DNA of 39,097 nucleotides from an uncultured Gammaproteobacteria bacterium (GCA_964522845.1 CAZFZQ010000002.1:1-39097), one strand, 5' to 3'. Positions 1 to 8,547 are shown, numbered from the stretch's first letter. Notes: a model not told the origin generated them from the letters alone. Program-made: numbers and translations.

Positions 1-119
1 TGCCAAAATTGAAAGTATACGGCCGGGATGGGGAGAAGTGTTTGCGGTGCGGCGGGAAAATAAAAAAAATAAAATCCGCCGGCCGCGGCACCTACTTCTG
101 CCCGAATTGCCAGAAGTAG
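1..119 (+). CDS. mutM: Fpg/Nei-family DNA glycosylase, C-terminal zinc-finger end (5' part lies outside the window)
   Basis: Frame 3 reads PKLKVYGRDGEKCLRCGGKIKKIKSAGRGTYFCPNCQK-stop. The CxxC...CxxC finger and the FCPNCQ ending are typical of the Fpg C-terminus. Confidence 0.6.
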   Translation, partial: PKLKVYGRDGEKCLRCGGKIKKIKSAGRGTYFCPNCQK

Positions 120-179
120 CGGTTTTTTATTAGTTTTGATAAACTATAATTAGTACAGTCGAGATTAGGAGGTGCTATT

Positions 180-701
180 TTGAAAACAAGAAAAAAGAAA
201 CAGCATATTTTAAGGCGATACCTGTCCGAATCAATTGGTCATGAGAAACAAGTTGAGCTTTTTGAGGCTATTGATGAATTTGCTATAAAGTATCCAAATG
301 GGAAGGTAGCGTTATTTATTAATAGTCCGGGGGGTATTGCCGAGTGTGCCTTTGCCATACGCGATTATATTGAAGCATGTCCGCTTCAGATAAATACTGT
401 TGTGCAAGGAGAAGTCGGTTCGGCCGCCGTGATTGTCTTTTTGGTGGGCAAAGAAAGGTTTATGAGCAAAAGTTCGGTTATCGTTTTTCATAGACCTTGG
501 AAAAAAACGGACTCTCTTTTATTCGCCGAGGATGCGCGTTGGATTGCGAATGATTTAGACAGAATTGAAAATGGAATGCTGGAATTGATTTGCGAAAAAA
601 CCGGTAAAGATAGAGAGGCAGTAAAGAACGATTTAAACCGTTTTAGAATTTTTAGCGCGCAAGAAGCGTTGGAGTACGGTCTCGTGCACAGAATCATCTA
701 A
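180..701 (+). CDS. ClpP-family serine protease-like protein (short, 173 aa, TTG start)
   Basis: AGGAGG lies 6 nt upstream. ClpP-like motifs present: INSPGG, GEVGSAAV (Ser), VFHRPW (His), FSAQEALEYGLV. Confidence 0.7.
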   Translation: MKTRKKKQHILRRYLSESIGHEKQVELFEAIDEFAIKYPNGKVALFINSPGGIAECAFAIRDYIEACPLQINTVVQGEVGSAAVIVFLVGKERFMSKSSVIVFHRPWKKTDSLLFAEDARWIANDLDRIENGMLELICEKTGKDREAVKNDLNRFRIFSAQEALEYGLVHRII

Positions 702-735
702 TCCGTTCTTCTATAAACTTAGGACGGATTTTTTA
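700..735 (+). terminator. Rho-independent terminator
   Basis: AATCCGT...ACGGATT stem followed by a T-run. Confidence 0.6.
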
Positions 736-805
736 TTTGACAGAAACCGATTAAAATTAGAATATGGATGCAGGGGATTATGCTCATTAACAAAGAGGTA
801 AAATC

Positions 806-2062
806 ATGGACGACCTTGAAAAATACAGGATAGAGCAATGTGTACTGGACAATGGATTAAGGGTGATTGTGAAGCGTCTGCTATCCGGTGGCATAAGCGG
901 AGTTGTGGCTGTAAGATGTGGATCAATATATGAAACTAAGGGCGGTAATAATGGAATTTCGCATTTTTTGGAGCATTTAATTTATTCCGGTGGAATTAGG
1001 CGTAGCCGCCGAAATTCGCCAATCTATAAAATTGAGAAAACAGGCGCTGATGTTAATCCTACGACTTCCAGGTTTTGGACCGAATATCCGTTTAACCTTT
1101 TGCAGAGGTGCTGGAAATCCAATTTTAGGATGTTGCTTGATACTATAGGCAGCGTAGATTTTTCCAAGGCAATTTTTCTGCTGGAACAAAAAATTGTGGC
1201 GAACGAAAAAATAAACGACACCGATGATCTTGATAGCGTAATGGAAAGCCGTATTTTTCCGCGTCATTCTTTTAGTTTACCAGTAGATGGGATAATTAAG
1301 ACGGTTAATGCGTTAACGCCAAGGCGATTAAAAAATTGGCACCGCCGTTTTTATCGTCCAGAAAGGACAACGGTTATTGTTGTTGGCGATACCAGTATTG
1401 GGGAAGTTGTTTCTATCATAAAGAAAACTGCAATTTGGCAGATGGCCGATGTCTCCAGTATTACCATTAAAGAACCACCCCCCGCTTTTATTAATTGGGA
1501 CGCGTCGTCTACGGGCGGCACTCTTGATACAAACGCAATGAGGATTGTTTTTTCCGCGCCGGTCAACCCTTGTGATATTGTTTTGTTTTATTATATTGTT
1601 GATATGATTAATGATTTGTCAGTGGTCGGAATGGGCTGGAAAATTATCCAGAATTTGGGTCTTCATGAGGGAATGGGTATTGATGAGGATAAAAATATAG
1701 AGCTTAACAGTTTGTGTAATTATTTTGTTATTGATTTTTGGGCGCCATCTCATAAAAGATTGAGAAGTATGGAGCGCGCATTTTTTTCCTGGGTGAAGAA
1801 AGTTAACGAGGGCGGATTAACCCGGAATAGTTTTGTACGCATATACAATCAACATCTGGAATACATAAGATTGGGTGTGAATGACGAGCGCTGGTGGGGA
1901 AAGCTTTTAGCTAAAATGGTTACGCAGAATTTTTCGCAAGCTCTGGAAATATGCATAAACCCGGATATTCACGGCGCGGTTGAGATAAAAAAAGAGGTTG
2001 ATCGTGTATTTCGCGCCACGGTGGGCGATAAGCATGTTGTTTTCAGGAATTTTAAAAAATAA
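806..2062 (+). CDS. M16 (pitrilysin/insulinase) family zinc peptidase
   Basis: HFLEH (HxxEH) zinc motif near the N-terminus. Length and layout are typical of M16. Confidence 0.8.
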   Translation: MDDLEKYRIEQCVLDNGLRVIVKRLLSGGISGVVAVRCGSIYETKGGNNGISHFLEHLIYSGGIRRSRRNSPIYKIEKTGADVNPTTSRFWTEYPFNLLQRCWKSNFRMLLDTIGSVDFSKAIFLLEQKIVANEKINDTDDLDSVMESRIFPRHSFSLPVDGIIKTVNALTPRRLKNWHRRFYRPERTTVIVVGDTSIGEVVSIIKKTAIWQMADVSSITIKEPPPAFINWDASSTGGTLDTNAMRIVFSAPVNPCDIVLFYYIVDMINDLSVVGMGWKIIQNLGLHEGMGIDEDKNIELNSLCNYFVIDFWAPSHKRLRSMERAFFSWVKKVNEGGLTRNSFVRIYNQHLEYIRLGVNDERWWGKLLAKMVTQNFSQALEICINPDIHGAVEIKKEVDRVFRATVGDKHVVFRNFKK

Positions 2063-2073
2063 TAATTATTCTC

Positions 2074-2101
2074 AACAGCTGGCAATCCGGCTGTTTTTTT
2101 G
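2074..2101 (+). terminator. Rho-independent terminator
   Basis: CAGCTGG-caat-CCGGCTG hairpin followed by T8. Confidence 0.7.
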
Positions 2102-2114
2102 TTAAGATATTTAT

Positions 2115-3167
2115 ATGAAAAGAATTGTTAGATGGTGCGCAATTATTTTGATTTTAGCGGTTTTTGCCGGAGTGATTTTTTCCGGTTATTTTTTGAATGA
2201 ACTTTTTTTCAAGCGCCCGGCGCAGGGCGCGGAGGCGGTGGCTTTTTCCGTGACAAAAGGCGAGAGCGTGAAAAAAATCGCTGGCGAATTACAAAGAACG
2301 GGAATTATTCCGAACGCTTTTGTTTTTTCAAGCTACGTCCGGCTGATTCAGGCGGAAGATATTTTTCAAGCCGGCGATTACAAGCTTTTGTCCGGGTCGT
2401 CAATCAGTGCTCTTGTGGAAGTTCTTACTTCCATCAACATAAAAGAAAACAGATTTACTTTGATTGAAGGCTGGTCGCTAAAAGACATAGTGGACTATTT
2501 GGTTACTAAAAAAACCATAAACCGCGCGAGTGATTTTTATTTTTTAACCGGACGCCCGGCTGTGGATTACAGAAAAACAAAAATAGATTTTGTCAAGAAT
2601 TGGACTTATGATTTTTTGGCTGACCGGCCGGCATACGCCACGCTGGAAGGCTACGTTTATCCGGACACCTACCGCGTGCTGGATGAAGCGGGAGCGGAAG
2701 GGTTGATAAAAAAATCGCTGGATAATTTTGGAAAAAAATTAACGCCGGAATTGCGCGCGGAAATCGCGCGGCAAGGAAAAACAATTCATCAGGTCGTGAC
2801 CATGGCATCTGTCGTGGAAAACGAAGTGAGAAATTATGAAGACAGGCGGATAGTGGCGGATTTATTTTGGCGCCGGTTGAAAATCGGGATGCCTCTTCAG
2901 GCCGACTCAACTATTAATTATGTAACACAATCCGGCCGCGACCGCTCAACTTACGATGATTTAAAAATTGATTCGCCGTGGAATACTTATAAATATGGCG
3001 GCTTGCCCTTGGGACCTATTTGCAATCCATCCATTGAAGCAATCCGCGCGGTGATTTATCCGACGCCAAACAGTTATTTATATTTTTTAACCGATAAAGA
3101 CGGCGCGGTGCATTATGCCAAGACCACAGCCGAACACGCGAACAATCGGGTCAAGTATTTGAAATAA
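2115..3167 (+). CDS. mltG: Endolytic murein transglycosylase MltG (YceG-like)
   Basis: N-terminal transmembrane segment. YceG motifs present: LEGYVYPDTY, LQADSTINY, SPWNTYKYGGLPLGPICNP. Confidence 0.9.
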   Translation: MKRIVRWCAIILILAVFAGVIFSGYFLNELFFKRPAQGAEAVAFSVTKGESVKKIAGELQRTGIIPNAFVFSSYVRLIQAEDIFQAGDYKLLSGSSISALVEVLTSINIKENRFTLIEGWSLKDIVDYLVTKKTINRASDFYFLTGRPAVDYRKTKIDFVKNWTYDFLADRPAYATLEGYVYPDTYRVLDEAGAEGLIKKSLDNFGKKLTPELRAEIARQGKTIHQVVTMASVVENEVRNYEDRRIVADLFWRRLKIGMPLQADSTINYVTQSGRDRSTYDDLKIDSPWNTYKYGGLPLGPICNPSIEAIRAVIYPTPNSYLYFLTDKDGAVHYAKTTAEHANNRVKYLK

Positions 3168-3168
3168 T

Positions 3169-3198
3169 TTGACAGCAAAACAGTAACTCTGTTATTAT
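3169..3198 (+). promoter_or_regulatory. Sigma-70-like promoter for the riboswitch transcript
   Basis: TTGACA (3169-3174), then a 17-18 nt spacer, then TTATTAT. Confidence 0.5.
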
Positions 3199-3218
3199 AG
3201 AATTAAGTTTGAAAATTT

Positions 3219-3345
3219 AACATATCAAGAGTGATGGATAGCTTCGCCATGCGGAGCAAGAGAACTAGCTCTAAGCCATCCGGCAACCTATTTTATACAA
3301 ATAAACAAGGTGCCACTTCTAGCCCCATGGGGAAAGATAGTCAGT
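3219..3345 (+). promoter_or_regulatory. SAM-I (S-box)-like riboswitch aptamer with an atypical expanded P2
   Basis: UAUCAAGAG (3223-3231), GAUGG/CCAUC P2, CGGCAACC (3281-3288), AAGGUGCCA (3307-3315), P4 CCCC-AU-GGGG (3323-3332), and AAAGAUA closing P1. Confidence 0.6.
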
Positions 3346-3354
3346 TATTTTAAT

Positions 3355-3381
3355 CCTCCCCCTGCGGAGGTTTTGTGTTTT
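3355..3381 (+). terminator. Riboswitch expression-platform terminator
   Basis: CCTCC-ccctgc-GGAGG followed by TTTTGTGTTTT. Confidence 0.55.
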
Positions 3382-3453
3382 ATGGAGTGAAAATTGAAAA
3401 GAAGGCGTTTTTAATTTTCACCTCATAAAGAGGTGCGCAAAAGGAGGCACATA

Positions 3454-4311
3454 GTGGGCGCTTTCATTAACATTTCTACTGATGATTTGCGGAAAAGAAT
3501 TTGGTGTCCTGCCATCAACGAAATTTTTCACGCGACTAAAAGCCGTGTTATAGCCGAGTCGGACGATGTGTCCGTCCAAATTAAGCTGGCGAATGCGGAT
3601 AGGGTTTGGCTGAGATACAAGTTGCGCGACAGAAGATTTGACGGGCCGGGATGGAAGGGATCGCCGCTTACCGACTGGACATACGGCGGAGCGGACGACG
3701 TCTTCCCGTTTGGCAGCGCGGTGGAAGAGTCAATCTATTGTCTTGACCCGCGATATCCTTTGACGGATGCCTTCACGGCCAGGCAGGCGCAATTCATCAC
3801 AAATCCCTTTGAGGAGCTACCATACTCCAATCCGACTAAGGACGCCTTAAGCGATTGGTTCCGAAGATGGCAAGAAATTGTTAATAAAAATAATGTTCCT
3901 TATCCGGGATATTTCTATCTGAACAATATTCCCGGCGTAAGACGCTATGTGCATGAAAATATTACCGTTCTTTTGAAAGAAAAAGGTTATAAATACCTTA
4001 CAGCCGTGCCCACTTGGTGGCATACCGCTCGCATTTGCGCGCATCTCGGTTTTGTTTTCCAATGCGAAGAAGACGAATTGGTTATTGATAAGCTAAACAC
4101 GCGATTGAATTTTTCGACAAAAGAAGAATGCGCGCGTTCGAGTTGGATTGTTATGCTGCAATTTTGGGTTGAGCTGGTTTGCGGGGCCGGTTTTTCGCTT
4201 TCGGAAGATTTTCCGGAAGCCGTATCGCTGGTCCTCCGCGATGAGCGCGGCGCACACCTTACTTTTCCTTTGTCGCCGCAAAGAAACCTCTGGTTGAATT
4301 ATAAGATTTGA
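3454..4311 (+). CDS. Hypothetical protein with no recognisable family, downstream of the SAM-like riboswitch
   Basis: A GTG start at 3454 has AAGGAGG 6 nt upstream, so it is preferred over the track start at 3433. Long open frame with protein-like composition. Confidence 0.7.
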   Translation: MGAFINISTDDLRKRIWCPAINEIFHATKSRVIAESDDVSVQIKLANADRVWLRYKLRDRRFDGPGWKGSPLTDWTYGGADDVFPFGSAVEESIYCLDPRYPLTDAFTARQAQFITNPFEELPYSNPTKDALSDWFRRWQEIVNKNNVPYPGYFYLNNIPGVRRYVHENITVLLKEKGYKYLTAVPTWWHTARICAHLGFVFQCEEDELVIDKLNTRLNFSTKEECARSSWIVMLQFWVELVCGAGFSLSEDFPEAVSLVLRDERGAHLTFPLSPQRNLWLNYKI

Positions 4312-4340
4312 CAAGGGGCCGCGCTCCTTTTTTAAATAAT

Positions 4341-5396
4341 ATGGACATTCTAAAAATTTATTATAAAAAAATATTGCGGTTTCGGCGTGATTTGGACAAA
4401 ATCGCGGAATTAAGTTGGCAAGAAGAAAAAACCAAAAAATACATAATCAAAAATTTAGGTAAAGATTATTATTGGACAAAAAAAACAGCCGTGATTTACA
4501 AAATCGGCTGCGGAATCCCCGTATTTTTCAGGGCTGAATTGGATGCTTTGCCCACGCGCCGCGGGCCGAGGCATGTTTGCGGGCACTCGGCGCATTCGGC
4601 CGCTTTAATGGGTGCATATTTATATTTTAAAAAACATCCAGTCCGGGATTTTGCAGTTTATTTTGTTTTCCAACCATCTGAAGAATCTTTTCCCAGCGGA
4701 GCGGATTTTATATCAAAAAATTTCAAGGAGATAAATAAATGCCGCGCCGGTTTCGGTTTTCATGTCTTGCCGAATTTCCGTTTGGGCGAACTTGCCAGTC
4801 CCGTCTTTGCCGCAGGCGATTATTTTGAAATTAGAATTACGGGCCGGTCAGGGCATATTAAAGATAAAAATAAACGAAGGGGCGGAGATGCAATTTTGAT
4901 TGCCGGGAAATTGGCAAAAAAAATAAATGCTGATAAGAAAGAAAATTTCGTTATTAATGTTGGATTGATTAAAGGCGGGGAAGCGCCCAATAAAATTGCC
5001 GGTTCCGCGTTTTTGGCGGGCGATGTAAGAACCCTTGCGGCAAGCGGCAGTGTTTCCGCGCGACTCTGGCTTTCCGATTTGTGCCATAAATTGGAGAAGC
5101 AAAATTTTGCAAGTAAAGTTAACCTGCGCTATTGTAAGGGATACCCGCTTTTCAGAAATGATAAAAAAATATTTGAAAAAATCAAAAAAATTTTTAGGAT
5201 AAAAAAAGAAGTCAAAACTTTCGGCACGGAAGATTTTTCCATGTATCGTCCGCCAAAAATATTTTTATTGATCGGCGTTGGAAAAAGCGCGGAACTTCAT
5301 ACGGATAAATTTTATGTAAGAAATGGGGTTATAACAAAACTTTTTGAATACTGGGTAAAAATAATAAATAATTTAGAAATAATCGTCGGACTGTAA
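4341..5396 (+). CDS. M20-family amidohydrolase (N-acyl-amino-acid amidohydrolase / peptidase M20D-like)
   Basis: Motifs HVCGHSAHSAALMGA and FQPSEESFPSGA. ATG at 4341 is preferred to the TTG at 4308. Confidence 0.75.
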   Translation: MDILKIYYKKILRFRRDLDKIAELSWQEEKTKKYIIKNLGKDYYWTKKTAVIYKIGCGIPVFFRAELDALPTRRGPRHVCGHSAHSAALMGAYLYFKKHPVRDFAVYFVFQPSEESFPSGADFISKNFKEINKCRAGFGFHVLPNFRLGELASPVFAAGDYFEIRITGRSGHIKDKNKRRGGDAILIAGKLAKKINADKKENFVINVGLIKGGEAPNKIAGSAFLAGDVRTLAASGSVSARLWLSDLCHKLEKQNFASKVNLRYCKGYPLFRNDKKIFEKIKKIFRIKKEVKTFGTEDFSMYRPPKIFLLIGVGKSAELHTDKFYVRNGVITKLFEYWVKIINNLEIIVGL

Positions 5397-5433
5397 TAAG
5401 TTCTTTATCAGCAGTACCGTAAAGGAGGGAGAG

Positions 5434-5652
5434 ATGGCAAAACTGCTCACTTTTCAAGAACGCAACAGGATTTTGGAGCAATATACGCACACGATTGAAA
5501 TATTTTCCAATGAAGAAGATATTGACGCTTCGCCGGAAGTCCAGCAATTTGAAGAAGAATATGCGTATGATGAAGAGCTCTCGGCTCAGATGCGAAGAGC
5601 CAAAGAAAAGAAAAAGAATTTTTTGAAAATAATGAGCGGCAAGATGAATTAA
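5434..5652 (+). CDS. Small acidic hypothetical protein (72 aa)
   Basis: AAAGGAGGG SD 5 nt upstream, followed by a strong terminator. Confidence 0.55.
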   Translation: MAKLLTFQERNRILEQYTHTIEIFSNEEDIDASPEVQQFEEEYAYDEELSAQMRRAKEKKKNFLKIMSGKMN

Positions 5653-5694
5653 ATGGGGGCTTACGTCCTCGCTGGACAGCCCCCATTATTTTTG
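5653..5694 (+). terminator. Rho-independent terminator
   Basis: ATGGGGGCT...AGCCCCCAT 9-bp stem followed by a T-run. Confidence 0.8.
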
Positions 5695-5724
5695 TTAAGA
5701 TTTTTATAATTAAATACTACCAAT

Positions 5725-5813
5725 GTCATTCCCGACACCGAAGCGACAGCGCAGGTAATATTTGGGAATCCGGAGATATAATAAGCCTGGATTCCCGCCT
5801 TCGCGGGAATGAC
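5725..5813. repeat. Nested palindromic repeat element (GTCATTCCCG...CGGGAATGAC)
   Basis: Outer 10-bp inverted repeat plus inner GGGAATCC/GGATTCCC arms. Shadow ORFs across it read VIPAKAGIQ and SFPRRRESR, strings I recognise from dispersed repeats in many bacterial genomes. Confidence 0.7.
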
Positions 5814-5822
5814 AAATAAATT

Positions 5823-6866
5823 ATGGCAATTAAAACAGTGGAGTCCGTAACCGAAGGGCATCCGGATAAAGTTTGCGACCAAATATCCGATGCTCTTTTG
5901 GATGAATACTTAAAACAAGATCCTAACTCGCGCGTAGCCGTGGAAACGTTTGGCGGACACGGGCTTGTTTTGGTTGGCGGCGAAGTAACGACCAACGCGG
6001 TGGTAGAGCCGGAATTTATTATCAACCGCCTTTACCGCGAAATCGGCTATAATGATACTTTAGAAATTTTATCCCATATTCAAAAACAATCGCCGGATAT
6101 TGCCATGGGCGTGGATACGGGCGGCGCGGGCGACCAGGGAATTATGTACGGATATGCTACCGGAGAAACGCAAGAATTTTTGCCGCGTCCGATTGTGACG
6201 GTCCATAATCTTACAAAACGCCTGGCGTTTTTGCGGAAAAATCATCCCAAGTTTTCATGGTTGGGGCCGGATGGAAAGGCACAGGTAACGTATGACGGCG
6301 ATCAATTAAAAACAGTTTTGGTTTCTACTCAGCATCTGCAGGATTTGGGCAATGAAATGATGCGCCAGCTTTTGATTTCACATTTAATTGAACCGGTTAT
6401 TGGCGACCTTAATGGCGTGGAAATTTTGATAAATCCGACCGGCCGTTTTGTGCAAGGCGGATTTGAAGCTGACACCGGATTGACCGGCAGAAAAATAATG
6501 GTTGATACTTACGGAGGATTGATCCCGCATGGCGGCGGCGCGTTTTCCGGAAAAGACGCGACAAAAGTGGACCGTTCCGCGGCGTACATGGCGCGTTTTT
6601 CCGCAAAAAATATCGTCGCAAACGGTTTGGCGAAAAATTGTTTAGTGTCCGTGGCTTACGCTATTGGCAAAGCCGAGCCCTTGATGCTTCGCGCGGTTTC
6701 GGGCGATGGAAAAGATTTGTCAAAAATTGTGGCTGATAATTTTGATTTCCGGCCAAAAGCGATTATTGAACGATTGGGACTGAGGCGTCCGATATATTTA
6801 AAAACCGCTTCTTACGGCCATTTTGGAAAAGACGATCTGCCGTGGGAAGAAATTGTTAGTTTGTAG
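5823..6866 (+). CDS. metK: S-adenosylmethionine synthetase (compact, 347 aa)
   Basis: ESVTEGHPDKVCDQISDA, GAGDQG and GGGAFSGKD motifs. Confidence 0.95.
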   Translation: MAIKTVESVTEGHPDKVCDQISDALLDEYLKQDPNSRVAVETFGGHGLVLVGGEVTTNAVVEPEFIINRLYREIGYNDTLEILSHIQKQSPDIAMGVDTGGAGDQGIMYGYATGETQEFLPRPIVTVHNLTKRLAFLRKNHPKFSWLGPDGKAQVTYDGDQLKTVLVSTQHLQDLGNEMMRQLLISHLIEPVIGDLNGVEILINPTGRFVQGGFEADTGLTGRKIMVDTYGGLIPHGGGAFSGKDATKVDRSAAYMARFSAKNIVANGLAKNCLVSVAYAIGKAEPLMLRAVSGDGKDLSKIVADNFDFRPKAIIERLGLRRPIYLKTASYGHFGKDDLPWEEIVSL

Positions 6867-6892
6867 TTAGTAGTGAGTAGTAAGTAGTTAAG

Positions 6893-6926
6893 AAAATGCG
6901 CTCCAAACGGGGCGCATTTTTATTTT
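6893..6926 (+). terminator. Rho-independent terminator
   Basis: AAAATGCGC...GCGCATTTT followed by a T-run. Confidence 0.75.
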
Positions 6927-6961
6927 GCTTTATTTAGCGATTTTTATTACAATACAGATAT

Positions 6962-7132
6962 ATGGAAGAAGAACCGCGATACAAAAGTCACGATTTAAGG
7001 ACGCTTTTGATTTTGATATTTATTTTAGTTGCCATCGCGGGAGTGGTATGGTTTTTTGGTTGGGGAGCGTATCAGTTTGATATTATAAAACAAGGAGAAC
7101 CAATTATTATTTATACTAATGTCTCTCCATAA
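6962..7132 (+). CDS. Possible 56-aa single-pass membrane protein (below the ORF-track cutoff)
   Basis: ATG...TAA frame reads MEEEPRYKSHDLRTLLILIFILVAIAGVVWFFGWGAYQFDIIKQGEPIIIYTNVSP. It overlaps the next gene by 14 nt. No clear SD. Confidence 0.3.
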   Translation: MEEEPRYKSHDLRTLLILIFILVAIAGVVWFFGWGAYQFDIIKQGEPIIIYTNVSP

Positions 7133-8288
7133 TAGAAAAAGCAAATTTTATTTTTTATCCGCGATTATATTTATTCTGGCCTGTTTTAATGTTGTTTTAT
7201 TTTTAATAAACCACAACGCGATTCCCGGCTGGAACTTGGTATTTAAGCCGGACGCGCCGGCCGTGTCGCAACACATAAAAAAACCGGATGAAGTGCGCGG
7301 TATTTATATTACCGCTTACACCGCGGGAGTAAGCCGATTCGGCGAGCTGGTTGATTTTGTAAAAAATAATAATCTCAATGCCGCGGTGGTGGATATAAAA
7401 AGCCCCAAGGGCGAGCCCGCGTTTCTTTTGAAGGACAGCTTTCTTGCGCAATACAATATGTCGCGCCCGCTTTACAGTGTTGAAAATATTATTGCCAAAC
7501 TGCATCAGAATAATATTTATGCCATCGCGCGCATCGCGGTTTTTCAGGATCCGTATTTGGTGTCAAAAGAGCCGGCGCTTGCCTTGCAGTGGAAAAATGG
7601 CGGCGTTTGGACTGATTATAAGGGTGTGAAGTGGCTTGATCCCACGGCGTTTGGCGTTTGGCAATACAATGTCACTTTGGCGCGCGAAGCGTACGAACGG
7701 GGATTTGATGAAATCCAGTTTGATTATATCCGTTTTCCTTCCGACGGAAATATAGAAGCAATAAAATATGTCAAATGGGACGGCAAAACGCCAAAGGCGG
7801 TGGAAATGGAAAAATTTTTCAGTTATGTCGGCGGGATTTTGCGCCGCGAAAAAATTCCCGTGTCCGCGGATTTGTTCGGCCTGGTTTGTTGCATGGAAAA
7901 TTATGATTTGGGAATAGGGCAAGTGCTGGAACGCGCGCTTCCGCATTTTGATTATGTTTCGCCCATGATGTATCCGTCGCATTATTCGCCCGGGTTTGTT
8001 GGCAAAAAAAATCCCGCTTCTTATCCGTATGAAGTTGTAAAATACAGCATGGACATGGCAAATGGAAAAATTACGCGCTTCGCCGCGTCCTCCACCCCAC
8101 TTCGCCGAGGCTCCGCGGGGCAGGCCGTGCCTCTGGCGAAACTTCGGCCATGGATTCAGGATTTTGATATTGGTGATATTTATGATACGGCAAAAGTGCA
8201 GGCGCAAATAAAAGCAACGCGCGACACGAAGGCGGAAGGATTTTTGATTTGGAACGCGAGAAATGTTTATACGGAGTTGGTGCACTAA
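7119..8288 (+). CDS. Putative glycoside hydrolase-like protein (DUF4015/GHL family), membrane anchored
   Basis: N-terminal transmembrane segment, then RGIYITAY...AAVVDIK...FDEIQFDYIRFP motifs. Confidence 0.65.
   Translation: MSLHNRKSKFYFLSAIIFILACFNVVLFLINHNAIPGWNLVFKPDAPAVSQHIKKPDEVRGIYITAYTAGVSRFGELVDFVKNNNLNAAVVDIKSPKGEPAFLLKDSFLAQYNMSRPLYSVENIIAKLHQNNIYAIARIAVFQDPYLVSKEPALALQWKNGGVWTDYKGVKWLDPTAFGVWQYNVTLAREAYERGFDEIQFDYIRFPSDGNIEAIKYVKWDGKTPKAVEMEKFFSYVGGILRREKIPVSADLFGLVCCMENYDLGIGQVLERALPHFDYVSPMMYPSHYSPGFVGKKNPASYPYEVVKYSMDMANGKITRFAASSTPLRRGSAGQAVPLAKLRPWIQDFDIGDIYDTAKVQAQIKATRDTKAEGFLIWNARNVYTELVH
8095..8125. repeat. Intragenic GC-rich element, family 1 (CCCCACTTCGCC..AGGCT.CGCGGGGCA.GC)
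   Basis: Near-identical copies at 18767 and 33160. Encodes STPLRRGSAGQA in frame. Confidence 0.7.
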
Positions 8289-8323
8289 TTTCTGCCTTCT
8301 GCTCCACTCCCGTTGCCATCTCT

Positions 8324-8424
8324 ATAAATTATTACTCGTGTAAAATACTTCCAAAATTTATATAACTCACCCTCGCTCGCTCGGGCTCGGACAATATAAA
8401 TTTTGGACACGAGCAATAATTTAT
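8324..8424. repeat. Long imperfect inverted repeat with a GC-rich loop
   Basis: ATAAATTATTACTCGTGT..CCAAAATTTATAT pairs with ATATAAATTTTGG-ACACGAG-CAATAATTTAT. The loop is CTCACCCTCGCTCGCTCGGGCTCGG. Confidence 0.6.
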
Positions 8425-8547
8425 TACGAGCTGGCGGGCACAAGTCGTGGAGATAAGGCATAAATTATGCACCAAGAATAATGAGAATGGGGGAAAAGGT
8501 TGACATAGCCGGCGGGCTGTGTTAGTTTATATTTGAGGAGGTGGGAG

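Noticed and set aside
7563-8285. 240-aa minus-strand ORF
   Set aside because: It is entirely antisense to the well-supported DUF4015 glycosidase-like gene. Its composition is Arg/Phe/Ile-rich shadow-like, and it has no SD.
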